Positions 14,051 through 27,079 of a stretch of 64,000 nt of DNA are shown in pieces. Numbering within the stretch: the stretch's first letter is position 1; each line of letters starts with the position of its first letter. The notes beneath the pieces are model-generated. The model did no database searches. It was not told where the DNA came from and was given only the letters and a program-made list of their open reading frames with translations. A program made the translations under genes and the position numbers. Source of the DNA: Octopus vulgaris (lineage: Eukaryota); the NCBI GenBank assembly GCA_951406725.2, contig OX597817.1:38688001-38752000 (forward strand), given 5' to 3'.

Positions 14051-14599
14051 CTGCCGCAGCTATCTGTCTGCTTGTAAGTGACGGCTAAGATAACATTTTT
14101 GTATTTTTACAATTCCTTTTTATACAGTGCTTGCGTGAGGGTTTTCGCGTGCGCGTGTATGCTTTATTTTGTTTTTATATCGTTCATTGAAGAAACTTCA
14201 TTCGAATGTTTACATGTAGGTGTGCATATTTGTATGAATATAGCTACTTGTAAAGTGGATGTGTATATAGGTGTATGTGAACGTGGAATATATACATTCA
14301 TATTATGATGCAAATGCATCAGGCACCACACCTATTAAAAAAGCTTTTAAAACATAAATAGAACACAAATCATTGACCTGAAACGAAAATACGTCTATGA
14401 TGAGATAATTTCAGATTTTCTTTTAAAGAATACAACGGGCAGCGAAAGTATATATGTAGTTTCTCGGACAGACATTGCCTGCAAATACCGGAGGGAAGCT
14501 ATTGACATTGTTCCAAGTTATGCTGAAGAAGTCGTGTCTGAGCCTCTAAGTGAAGTGGGCAAGGGAACCTGTTTTGACAATTACTGCTGGGTTACTAGC

Positions 14600-14950
14600 G
14601 TAGGGGCTCTGAGGATGTATGTTTTCGGTTGAGGCGTGTCATTATGAGCAGGGCTCTCCTGCTTGTGCCTGCTACTAGGTTCATAATTATAGCAAAAGGA
14701 ATTCCTTGTAGATATATACTATCAACTCGTTTGGACTTTCCAAGGTCATGGTGTATGGAAAACTATACACACCCCACCAGACAGGGAACTTACTACTAAC
14801 GACTTCAAAAGATTGTATAAACAAGATCAGAACTTCTGCATGTCTAGAGATAGGGGATTCTTCGAAACTTCACTTCCTTGCCCATTTCATCTGGAAGCTT
14901 AAAGACCAAACATATGACTGCCTCACTTTATTTGAAACAGTGTCGTTACT
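14600..14950 (+). mobile_element. Highly degenerate RTE LINE C-terminal remnant
   Basis: KVMVYGKL..TGNLLL..KDC resembles RTE LPK.I.YGEL...G.P.LRFKD. Confidence 0.3.
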
Positions 14951-15857
14951 GTCATTCCATATTCATGTAAGATACATCATAATGGTAATCTCTGTTTGAG
15001 AGAATTCATATCGTAAAGTAGCCTTCGACATTCTCCAACAGAAAATCTAAGCTGAGTTATGATTTGCCATCACAAGAGAAATTTTGTTTTGGGTCAGTTC
15101 CAACCAACTCGAAAATAATGCCAGTTGATTCACTTACTGACTAGCGTTAATTTTAACTGAATTATCTCTCTACACTCTGTAGCAACTTTACAATTTAATA
15201 AAGCTTTGTAGGGATTTATGTAGCAACTTTCATCACATGATCCCACTTATCCAACAGGTATCAAGCCTATCTGCGACCAATAAGGAATCACGTTTGAACC
15301 CAAGCGCTGCCAAACTTACACTTAATGCAGCCATCTAATCAACCAAAAACGTGTGCTTTCGTGTCTAAACTCCGAGTAATGGCCATGTGAGTCATTAACA
15401 ACCAATTTACAAACACCTCTCTCTACACACACATAGTTAGAGAGAGAGAGAGTGTGTGCTACTATATCATATGTGTGTGTTTATTGCGCGTTAACCTGTC
15501 AAGACTTTACAAAGCAGGTATGTGAATGGTTGACACGAGTGAATGAATTGTGTATGTCACTTTATGAAAGAAAGTTTTCTTTCATAGATTACTTATATGC
15601 AACGTATTTTGTTAGGCCGAACACAAAGCCTACCTATATAGCTGTGTGGTGTATACATACACATACACACAGGTCCTGGGCTGTAACTGAACATATAATT
15701 GTTACGGTACCAGGTTACTTTACGCCGTTCGTATTTTATTTAGTGTCACGGCCATAATTTACAAAACTGTAAATTTTAAAGCATTTCAGAAACATAATAC
15801 ACACAAACATAAGGGGTGAGCAACAGGAAATTATAGATTTACATGTGTGTGTGTGTG

Positions 15858-15896
<39 letters not shown>

Positions 15897-16154
15897 TTTC
15901 CTGTCGTTCGTTCTTTCTCTCCCTCTCTATTTCTCACGCAACAGGAGGAGAAAGAGAGTGAGAGAAAAGGAGTAGGCCGAGAACGGAAAAGGAAGTTGGA
16001 TTACAATTACATGATGGTGTTGGTGACATCGACAAGCGCAATGTTGGCGCTACTTTGGAATGCTGGGATACTTGTTGCCTTGTATGAAAGAAAGAAAAAA
16101 TAAGCACTTGTGCGAATTTTTCCTTGATTTCAGAAGCTTGAAAAATACACGCGC

Positions 16155-16185
<31 letters not shown>

Positions 16186-17559
16186 TACACGTGTGTGCGT
16201 GCGTGCATACATTATATATATTCATATGTGTGTGTGTATATATATATATATATATGGGCGTATATAATGCATCCATGGAGTGCTTTATTCTGCATTATTT
16301 CCTTCTATTTCACGTTTTAATTTATTTTTATTATAATTATTATCCTTGCTGTCTATATGAAGACTGGGTCATATTTTTTTTATTCACTTTAGCTTGGCAG
16401 CAGTGCCTGTTAATTTGATCCAGGTTATTCAGTTAACTACGAGTTTTCTGTTCCACCGTAAAGTTGACATAGTTGTCTTTTTCATTTATTTTTCCTTGCG
16501 TCGAAATTTGAAGTGTGAAGAGAGAGAGAGAGAGAGACGTTTTAATCACATTATGTGCAAATATAAACGTAGCATTATATATATATATATATATATATAA
16601 CAACTTTTAAGTTTACTTAATTAATGTGAATTATACAAAAAGTCCCGTGGTTGTGTGTGTTTATGGAGGGAGATGGAAAGAGAGAGGTGGGTGGAGGTAT
16701 GAGTGTTAGTTAAGCAAAGGATTGAAGTTAGGGGAAAACGAAGAGAGCTTCGACGATCTGAAAAGTTTTCGCACAACTTCTAAACTGTCAAAACTCCTTG
16801 TTGCCTATTGGTTGCTGTACAGATCTCCTCCCACTGCTCTTACATTCCTTAATGTTATAAGCGCTAAGATTTATTTAGTATTCGTGTAGTTTGTTGTTGC
16901 TGGTATTTTTCGTTTTTTTTTTTGTTTTTATTTGTGCTGCTTCGGCAGTGGTAAAAGGCTCACAATATATAAGAAAGAAAAAAAAGAGACTTGTGTGCAG
17001 TAAAGAATTATATAAAAACTGAAGAAAATATATCTAGTGGTGGTGGTGATTACAACCAAGGCTTGTGTAAAAAAAAACAAAAAAACACATACAAATATAA
17101 ATAAATAAAGTGGGTTGGTAGGGCTATTTAAAATGCTTGTAGTTAGTTGAGTTGCTTGCTGTTTGGTTCCCACTAAATCATCCTGTCGGTGTATGTAACA
17201 AGTAATCTTGAATAGCAAACTACCAACTGGTGGTGTTGGCAGCTGTAATAGCAGTAGCAGTAACTTTTTTTTTCTTCTTGAGAAAGGGGGTTTAGTATAT
17301 TGAATTGACCCCGTCTCTATATCACTGGTATTTCAATTCATTATATCTTTTTAATTTTATTTTATTGTTAATATTTCACACAGGAGTGTGAAGACGGTCC
17401 ATTTTAGCCTTTCCGTTCGGTTATATTTGATGTTAGAAAAGTGACTGCAGCGAACTTTTTAATATGCGTTAACTAGTCTGATTTCACTATACTCTACACA
17501 GCCGTTCTAATGTATTGTAATAGATATAATAATGATGTTTTCTTATGTAGGCACATATA

Positions 17560-17710
17560 CTGATCCCGGATGGATAAAAGGTAAAGTTGACCTCGTAAAA
17601 TTTGAACTTAGAATATGAAGAGCAATTTTGTCCTATGTGCTGAGGATTCTACCAATCCACCGACCTTTCCTCCTCCGTATATTCTTACCTACTACTACTA
17701 CTACTACTAC

Positions 17711-17753
<43 letters not shown>

Positions 17754-18270
17754 CCTTTCTATAGGCACAAGGCCTGAAATTTATGGGGAGGGCCCAGTCG
17801 ATTAGATCTACCCCAGTACACAACTAGTACTTAATTTATCGACCTCGAAAGGATGAAAGGCAAAGTCGACCTCGGTGGAATTTGAACTCAGAACGTAAAG
17901 ACGGGCGAAATACCGCCAAGCATTTCGTCCAACGTGCTAACAATTCTGCTAGCTTGCCGCCTTAATAATAATGCTTTCTACTATAGGCACAAGGAAGGGG
18001 ACTAGTCGATTACAGTGATCTCAGTATTTCACTGGTACTTAATTAATCGGCACCGAAAGGGTGAAAGCAAAGTCAACCTTGGCGGAATTTGAACTCAGAA
18101 CGTAAAGACGGACGAAATGCTGCGAAGTTTTTCACCCGGTGTGCTAACGATTCTTTTAGCTTGCCGCTTTAATAATAATAACAATCCTTTCTATTATAGG
18201 CATTACGCCTGAAATTTTCGTGGGAAGCGGGTTTTAGTCAATTACATTGACTCCAGTATTTCACTAGCTC
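17560..18270 (-). mobile_element. Tandem array of family B SINEs separated by (AAT)n
   Basis: Units with gatgaaaggcaaagtcgacctcgg..aatttgaactcagaacgtaa at 17755-17962 and 17975-18168, plus partial copies; CpGs largely intact. Confidence 0.85.
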
Positions 18271-18630
18271 TACCAAATTCACCAGAAGGGAGTGCCTCTC
18301 TCTATCTACTACATCTACCAGTGGTACTTGAAAAAATTTATGCAAGTTATATCCTTTGATCTTTCAACCGTTTTCACCATAGCCACCTCGAAAAACAAAA
18401 CAAAAAATTCCGTGCTTTGTTTTTTTTTATAAACTAGAGGAAAGTGATGGGTGGATCTTCCCGATTGGCTGAATTAATAGGTGAATCCGTGTTGCATATG
18501 GTAATAGCTGTTTCACATAAACCCATAAATCAGCAGTGTACGGACACTGAACAAATCAAGTCAACGAAGAAGCTTTTCCACATCAAAGACCCATTATCTG
18601 AATCTATGAATATCGCATTTGCCTCCAGAC

Positions 18631-18790
18631 CAGTGGTCCGCAACAGGTATGCCGCGGCACCCTGATGCGCCACGAGACGATGCTAGGTATGCCGCAGTGT
18701 AACCTGAATATAATTTTTTCCCCTGTACTTATAGTTGTATTTTTAGTTCAGGTGTGCCGCCAAATTTTGAAAAAAGGTTGCGGAGCACTG
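18631..18790. mobile_element. hAT (Charlie-like) MITE
   Basis: TIRs cagtggtccgcaac / gttgcggagcactg; 8-bp flanks ctccagac / ctctagat. Confidence 0.8.
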
Positions 18791-18798
18791 CTCTAGAT

Positions 18799-18868
18799 CA
18801 GCGTTTTTCAAACTTTTTTCTCGCGACCCCCCACTAAAGGGTCAGGACCCATAGTTTGAAAAACGCTG
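18799..18868. mobile_element. 70-bp hAT MITE
   Basis: Perfect 16-bp TIRs cagcgtttttcaaact / agtttgaaaaacgctg and perfect 8-bp TSD ctctagat. Confidence 0.9.
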
Positions 18869-19318
18869 CTCTAGATCAATGCATCGGTCCCGAAGCATAA
18901 ATCTCGTTGTAGACCAGGAGAGCGAGCGAGTGAGCTTCTGAAATCAGCGATTGATCTAGTCTTAGTGATCTGAGACAATTTAGCAATGTCCCTTCTGCGC
19001 CGATTCCCAAGTTAAGTTCATTTATTTACACATCACACTCTTTAATTCCCATATGTTTGCTTCTGAAAAGATAAGGGGAAGTTATCTACCTTGTTTATAG
19101 TATTAGCAATCCAAAGTTTTAAAAGACAGGTTAACTTAGGAATGTTTCATGTGCCCTTCAAGTACCTTCGTCTTGGGATTCTTTTTACATCTCCTTATTT
19201 GTCCCGTACACGCTGTTTTTCATTTTATTTTTTATTTTTGTAAAACTTCGAGCTTCCAAACATTTGTATCTTGAGAGCATGTTTACTGGTTTAACTTATC
19301 TGATCTTTCTTTAATTTT

Positions 19319-19681
19319 GTGGTTAGAAGTTTGCTTCCCAATCTTATGGTTCCAGGTTCAGTCCTCTGCGTGGTACCCTGGGCAAGTGTCTTCTACTATG
19401 ATCTCGGGCCGACCAAAGCCTTGTGAGAGGATTTGTTAGACGGAAACTGAAAGAAGCCTTCGTGTATAAGTATGTGTGCGTCCTTGTGTCTGTGTTTGTC
19501 CCTCACCACCGCTTGACAACCTATGTTGGTGTGTTAACGTTCCTGTAACTTAGCGGTTCGGCAAAAGACCAAGCTTAAAAAAAATAATAAATACTTGGGT
19601 CGATCGTTCAACAAAAAAGTCATGGCGGGGGTCCCAGCAAACCCGCAGTTTAATGACTGAAACAAGTAAAAGATAAAAGAT
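19319..19681 (+). mobile_element. Family A tRNA-SINE
   Basis: Colinear with 57333-57741, including the aatgactgaaacaagtaaaaga tail. Confidence 0.85.
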
Positions 19682-19729
19682 GCTACTTCTCTGTCTCTTC
19701 CCCAAAACTTTATTTCATGACTTAGGAGA

Positions 19730-20240
19730 TGTCAAGGCTATGTTCGTGTATATCTGAGCTTGACCTCGCGTGCCTGGTTATATGAATATTGCTTTATTAA
19801 GGAGTATACTCCACCGGAGGCTCTTTCGTGAGTGGCTGTTGTCCTAGTTGTAGCTTCTGCTTTTTCTCCGACTGATGTCGCTCTGATGGAGGTACTGAAA
19901 TCATTGCTCAAATCTGTTTCTCTTTCTCTCTGGGAACAGAAAGCACTGGGTTGCACTCTCCTTCCACAATCGTTGTATGTGGGCACTACCCGCATTTGCT
20001 TACATCCCTTGAAACAGAACCATTCAGGAATTCCACCAAGATTTTCAGATGCAACCGACTCCCTGGAGCTCCAGGGACGTTCCAATCCGGTTTTGCTGTG
20101 AACTTACTCGCGTTCTTCGACCATTGCCGCCATTCCGGCTTGGCGTCTGTGAGCTGGCTTGTTGATCACTTGTCACTTTTGGGGGGTGGAGGTGCAAGTT
20201 GTGCCTCTTGCTATGACAAATTGTCACCACTGTAACCCCA
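19730..20240 (+). mobile_element. Probable degenerate RTE LINE remnant
   Basis: GC-richer block; EVLKS.. / LLPQSLYVG / FRNSTK..DFQMQPTPW fragments loosely follow the RTE C-terminal motif order. Confidence 0.3.
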
Positions 20241-22817
20241 CCTCGCTATGTAACCCACCGCAGCCTATACCTCTTTCAGACATTTAGTATTGCTGTTATT
20301 TGTGACAAAACTATTATTAACAGTCATAAAGCATTCAACATGGCTAAGAAGTTAACTTACATCCCTATAAACTGACAACATCTGCAAAAAAGTAATGATA
20401 ATGGTGAAGTTTTTGCAATATCTATTTAAAAAAGGGTAGAGTATTAAAGAAATAAGCTAGGCCATTTCTGCTTTTACTAAGCGTGTGTATATACAAAAAT
20501 AGTTGTTTTGTATGCATGTTACATTTATACATACATACACACACACACACACACCAAGTTTTTCCCTCTTCGCTTGAACTTTTGAACTAACTGTCTTAAC
20601 TTACTGACAGGAAGCGAATCTGATTAAAATTATCCATGTGTTTCTCTAAGACTGCCTTCGTGGGGCTTGCCCACCTCTCACTCCCTCTGTCACCCATCCT
20701 TCTTTCCCCCCCTCCTAACTTTATCTTTCTCCCTTGCAAGTACACACTCTCTCTCTCTCTTTCTCCTCCTTTCTCGTCTCTTCTCTTCATTTTAATTTTT
20801 CGTTTTTTTTTCCTTTCCATTTCTCTCGGGTGAGGGGAGGAACATATCCCAACTTTTTTTGTTATCAGAACCGTCTACTTCCAGTTACTTGCCATAATCC
20901 TCGTGTTTTTCTTTTTTTTTTTTTTTCCCGCAACACAACTACTTTTTTTTTCTTTCTTTTACTTATACCTTTATCTGCAACTTCCTTTTATATCATTAAA
21001 TTTTTAATATATGTATGTGTGTCTTAAAATGATAAAAAATAACATTTTTTCGTTCTTAGTTTATATTTTCTTAATTCATTGCTTTATACTTCCATCATTA
21101 CCACCACCCACCCCTCTCTTGTTACTCAGTCCCTTCATTCCCTTTTCGTTAACCCCATTACTTTCCCTCTCATACCTCACTCTTTACTGTTAGTCTCTTT
21201 CATCCCCCCTCTTTACTCTCCTCATTAATCTGCTACTTTCCCATGCGCCTCCTGTCTCCCTTCTTCAGTTTCTTTCTCCTCCTACTCCTACTCAGCACTC
21301 TCCTGTTGCTGATTTTATTTTATATGCTTCCACCTTTACCCTTTCATCATTGACATTCTCTTCTCTAGCTTTATGTGTTTAGGTGAATGGCCCACCCTCT
21401 GTAGTATCTCTCATACTAGATGTAGTGGTTTGCAACCCAACCTTTCTGAGGCCTAATAACTTGCTCCCACCCTCGTCCGACTGCTTATGCAAAATTTTAT
21501 CTATTCATAATTTATCTGCCAGTCATATAAGATCCAGACGTACAAGGTTCTAATTAATCAGATTCATAATTTCTGATTTCAATCTTGTATTCTGTCTTAT
21601 ATGTTGGGAATGGAAAGTTGATATTTTCAAATTTTTGAGTAACATTTTCACACTTCTGTTTCTTTTTTTCACTCCACCCTAGGTTCAAATCATCAGTTTG
21701 TAACATTGGGCTCACCATGTTGTATTTTGTCACTGGTGACTGCTCTTTCTGTATGCCGATGCCATCTTCTATCTACCCCATATATTGAGTATCATAGTTG
21801 GTTGTGCTTAAGCCCATTGCAAGCCAATGGTTTCATCAGCGATCGTAAAGGAGCCCTTTCCTTTAAAGTTAGATTCTACATCCTAGCTTAATGGACTAAA
21901 ATATATTATAGCTAAGTACCTTAGTCTAGACATTTTTTCAAAAGAGAGCAACACAACTTCACGTGTCTATAAATAAAACATTGTTGAGTGTCATCTTATA
22001 TAGCTGAGGAGTTTATTAATCGTCTGTACACTTCTGTTTCTTTTCATTCAGACAAGTAATTGAAGAAGTTTAAGAATGGTATCTTGGAATTTATTGCTTA
22101 TTACCACAAATTTCTTAGATAAAGTGCTCTCTCTAAACGATCGATGCCACAGGTAGCTGGTTGTTATTTTTGTTCAAGCTTAGCATATCTTGAACTACAT
22201 TATCCAGTGCATGTTTCCTTTTTAAAGACTCGGGACTGTTATTCGGTTGTTATTTCTAGCAGATTGAATGATCTTTAAGGAGACCAGTTTATGGGCTTTT
22301 GAAGGATATATTGATATGTGTGTGGATTGAGAGGGGCGAACATGGTCCGAGTTAACGCCTGCTCTGAGCGTACACCTATAGACTGGAAGGGAACAATTAG
22401 GAGAGGGGCGCTTATCTTAGTGATCAAGGTGACAATGATTTTGTGAAATTCCCTTCTTAGGGGGAAAATTTCCCACTCCCCCGTTATTTCGCTTCTTTAC
22501 TTGCTTTTTATATAATCCCAACAGTATCGTCCTGCAGCGAACTGGCAGAATCGTTAGCGCATCGAACAAAATCCTTTGTAGCATATCTTCCGGTTCTTTT
22601 CAGTCTGAGTTCAAATTCCGGCAGACGTTGGCTTCAACTCATTTCCTTTCAGGGTTAATGAAATAAGTTATAGTTGAGCACTAGGGTCGATGGAATTGAT
22701 TTGTCCATTACCTTCAAAACTGCCGACCATATACCAATATTAGAAAAATTATTATTATTATTATTGCTTTGTCAGGGTCTCCCAGACTGGCTACAAGTAG
22801 TTATCTTAAGGCTAGAG

Positions 22818-23016
22818 CGGTGCTTTTCAAACTTTTTGCTGGAGCGGAACCCCAAGGAAACATTCCACTGGCTCGAGGAACCCCTGTGCAATAATTTAAT
22901 AGTTATATGCACATATCTGCACAGGAGAATTTAAAATTACTGCCGATTTTAGCAGTTTTGTAACTTCTTGCGGAACCCCTGGACTGTACTGGCGGAACCC
23001 TGGTTGAAAACCACTG
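22818..23016. mobile_element. hAT (Charlie-like) MITE
   Basis: Ends cggtgcttttcaa / ttgaaaaccactg; perfect 8-bp TSD ggctagag (22810-22817, 23017-23024); internal gcggaacccc repeats. Confidence 0.85.
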
Positions 23017-23534
23017 GGCTAGAGACCTTGCATTTGAAGTTTGATGGTTTTAGATGAGTAAGTTGTGACAGGGAGCCGAACCCGAGTCGCAGATTTGGTT
23101 CCGCGGGAACATACACATAATGTGTATGTGTATAGCTTAATGTCTAGGTCGTTGAGCCCACGATCATCAGTTTGTAGGTTCGTTTACCCAACCAGGCGGT
23201 GCATTCTGTTCTTGAGCAACGGACTATAGACTCCGCTGTATATGGGCCTGTCGGTTCGGCACAGACTTAACTTCGCGCAAGCGAGCATAGATGAGTGTGT
23301 GCGTTGTCAGAGTGTTCGGTTAATGTATGTAGAAGTTCACCTGTGTGATTGTATATACACATACGCATACATATCATTCAATACAGAAGTTATGGGTCAC
23401 TCAGGAAAATTAAGTAGGTTTTTATTTTTTTGCTGATCCTGTCAACAAACGAACAGTACAGTATCTGTGTGTGTGTGTGTGTGAAGTATGCGTTTAATAA
23501 TTATGTATGATCTGTTTCTGAGTATGTGAATTGT

Positions 23535-23569
<35 letters not shown>

Positions 23570-24806
23570 TTGTCTGTGTATGCGTATTCTGTCTGTGAAA
23601 GTATCGAGAGAAATGTAAACAGCTAGACAAGAAGCTTTCTAGGTAGGTAGGTGTCTTACCTAGTTACAGTCTGAAAATAGCCCTCCTACCTCTTGAAAAC
23701 TACCAGAGCTCTGACCTGGTACCCGGAGAAAATTAGTCATACCGTACTGAATGAGTTCTCCCAGCCTCTCCGCTACCACCTCCTTACGGCTTTCTTTCCC
23801 TCTCTCACCTCTTTCTCCATCTTCACACCTGTCTCTGTGCCTGTCTTTCTTTCATTCTGTCTCTCTTATTCTCTGCCTTTTACCTTGTCTTCTTTACTCT
23901 ATCTCTCTTTTTCTCTTTCTTTCACTCTATCTTCCTTTCTTTATCTCATTCTCTGTTTTTGTTTCATCCTGTCTTCCTTTCTCTCTCTCTCCCTCTCTCT
24001 CTTTCACTCTCTCCCCCTCTCTCGTCTTCTATCCCTCTGTATCAGTATTTCTCAGGACATAGTTAAGGGAAGTAACTACGGATTACTCTGCTTTTCACTG
24101 ACTTTGATTGTGACATTTAACAGAACTATGTAGTTATACACCAAGAATGATGTTGCTGTTATAAATGTTTAGACCTAGATCAGCTCGAAGTGAACGGGCC
24201 TATGACCAAAAGCGTTCCAGATGTGGCCATCCCGTCTTTTAGGACTATATAAGACTACATTATCTAATATGTCTATTTCTTTTCCAAGACAGTTGAGTAT
24301 GGTTTGAAAGAGATTCGGTTACTATTTCTAGCGGATAGAACGATCGCATAGAAGCTCTCTTGTTAGCTTGTGGCAACGGTGGTGGTGGTATGACTGCTTA
24401 TGTAGGTCTCGCTCTGAGAAGGAAACGAGTATTTTCTTTTGACTGCGCCATTCAGTACATCACTATTTACTCAAATTCATCCTATCAAGCCGGTTGAGTT
24501 ATTTTCCTTAGCAATACTTATTCCTTAAAAATTCTACCGTCAGGGAAATTTTGCCCGAATAATACAAAGTTAGACAGCAAGTCTGAAGGTTATAGACGTC
24601 AAACATTTGTATATATACAATGTAGAATTCATCGTTGCACGATATCGAAAATTATTACGATTTTCATGTTAGAAATTGTTATATCCCCGGCTTTAATACG
24701 TTCTAGAGTTTTTAAAAAATCTCACAGATTCATCTCCACTGGTTTCAAGTACCAGTAAAGTACTATGTCAATGTAATCGACAAACACTTTCCCTCAAATT
24801 GTTATT

Positions 24807-25033
24807 TATTTCTTTACTGCCCACAGGGGGCTAAACATAGAAGGGACAAACGAGGACGGACAAACGGATTAAGTCGATTACATCGACCCCAGTGCGTAAC
24901 TGGTACTTATTTAATCGACCCTGGATAGGATGAAAGGCAAAGTCGACCTCGGCGGAATTTGAACTCAGAACGTATCGGCAGACGAAATACTGCTAAGCAT
25001 TTCGCCCGGCTTGCTAACGTTTTTGCCAGCTCG
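24807..25033 (-). mobile_element. Family B SINE with 17-bp TSD
   Basis: TSD tccctcaaattgttatt at 24790-24806 and 25034-25050; inserted into the tail of an older + strand copy. Confidence 0.9.
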
Positions 25034-25084
25034 TCCCTCAAATTGTTATTCTTGTGCCCATGTTAGGGTTCGAAACAGTTATTG

Positions 25085-25956
25085 AAGGCGTTGGATTGGC
25101 AGAATCGTTAGAACGTGGCACAAAATTTCTTGCAATATTTCTTTTGATTTTTAGTTGAAATACTACCCACGTTAGCTTTACTTTTTATCCCTCTGACGTT
25201 AATAAAATAAGGTGTCAATCAAGTACTGTCGATTATTTCTCTTAATAACCACCCCTCAAATTTCAAGCCTTTGTTCCTATGCAAAATTCTAGTATTATTA
25301 TTGGCAGAGTCGTTAGAATGTTTTTTTGGTAGTTGATTCAGCATCCTGAGTTCAAATCCCACCCAGGTCAATTTTGCTTTTCATCTTTTCAGTGTTGATA
25401 AAATAAAGTACTAATCAACTACTAGAGTTGATGATATCAACTAACCCCTCCCCTCAAAATTGTTGGCCTTGTGTCTAAATCAGAAACTATTGTTAACATT
25501 ATTACTAAATAAAGAGGCGGTGAGCTGGCAGAATTGTTAGCACACTGGACGAAATGCTTAGCTGTATTTCGCCTGTTGCAACGTTGTGAGTTCAAATTCC
25601 GCCAAGGTCTACTTTGCCTTTCATCCTTTTGGGGTCGATAAATTAAGTACCAGTAAAATACTGGGTCAATGTTATTGATTATCCCCCTCCCTCAAATTCC
25701 AGGCCTTGTGCCTATAGAAGAAAGGATTATTACTAAATAAAAGTGGCGAGCTGACTGAATTGTTAGCACACTGGGCACTTTGACATCTTTCCATTCTAAG
25801 TTCAAATTTTGCCAAGGTTGATTTTGTCTTTCATTTTTTGTTGGGTGTCAATAAAATAAGTACTAAATTGATCACTAGGACCAGTGTAATTGACTTACCC
25901 CTACCCCTGAACCTTCTGGCCTTGTGCTAAATTTGAAACAATCATTACTAAATAAA
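25085..25956 (+). mobile_element. Head-to-tail array of four family B SINEs
   Basis: Repeated ggcagaat(c/t)gttag..gagttcaaat..tttcatc..aagtac units. Confidence 0.85.
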
Positions 25957-26920
25957 TATCATTATGAGAGGATTGGTGAGTAAACAGAAACCATCAAGCA
26001 ACAAACTAAATGCCTTCTTTTACTTAATTAAAAGTCCCTATAAAATTCAGTATTCAAATCAAACAAGAGTCTACTTTACCTTCATCTTTTTGAGAAGACT
26101 TATGATTGAGGTCCTTCCAGTCATGACTACTTTATTGTTATTTTAGGCACAAGACTAGGGTTACTTTATTCAAAACATAAGAACATATCCAAAACTGAAT
26201 GGCTGCCTACTCAATAAAAAAAAAAAAAAATACTTTCCCATCATCAAAATCTGATACAAAGATATGGAAACTAAAAGCATGAAATATTTGCTACATGGTA
26301 GTGAGCCTGGGATTTATGGTAGCAAAATAAACTTGTTAATCACTCATCAATTCCGACACTCACAGGTGATGGTTACAAGGAAAAAAATAGGTAGGAAGGG
26401 AATCCCAGATCATCATCACTATCACTGTCATCATTGTTTTAGCGTCAATTTATCCATGGATCAGACCAGAGTACATTTCAGTGGAGTTTTCTTATGGTCA
26501 GCTTTATTTATTTATAAGTGTTGCCAACCTTGCTTGTTTCCAAGTGAGGTAATGATCTCAACAGTCTATCATCAAACAACAAACAGCCTGGACATGCTTT
26601 TATCGTGGACTGTAAACAAATGTGAGAGAAATACAAACTCACGTACATATAGTCTTTCTTTTATTCTTTTGTTTCAGTCATTTGACAGCGGCCATGCTGG
26701 AGCACTGCCTTCAAGGGTTTTTAGTTGAGCAGATTGACTCCAGGGCCCTTTTTTAACCTAGTACTTATTCTATCAGTCAGTTTTGCTGAACCGCTAAGTT
26801 GTGGTGACATGAACACACACACATATACATATAACCCATGCTAGCATGGAAAACGGACGTTAAATGATGATGATGGTGGTGATGGTGATGATGATGATGA
26901 TGATATATATATATATATAT

Positions 26921-27079
26921 TTCTCTCCTTGTTTCTTCCTATGTTCTTTTCTGTGGAAGTGTGTAGGCTCGAAATGTTAAAGACTTTTTAACTTCCGGAG
27001 CATTATACTAATACATCTGTTTCTTGTCTACACCACCTGTCTTCATCTTTTGTTTTGTTTTTTTATGTGAATTCTCCAT

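Noticed and set aside
16934-16950. gtgctgcttcggcag resembling the U6 snRNA 5' end
   Set aside because: Similarity stops after about 15 nt; no ACAGAGA box or remaining U6 sequence.
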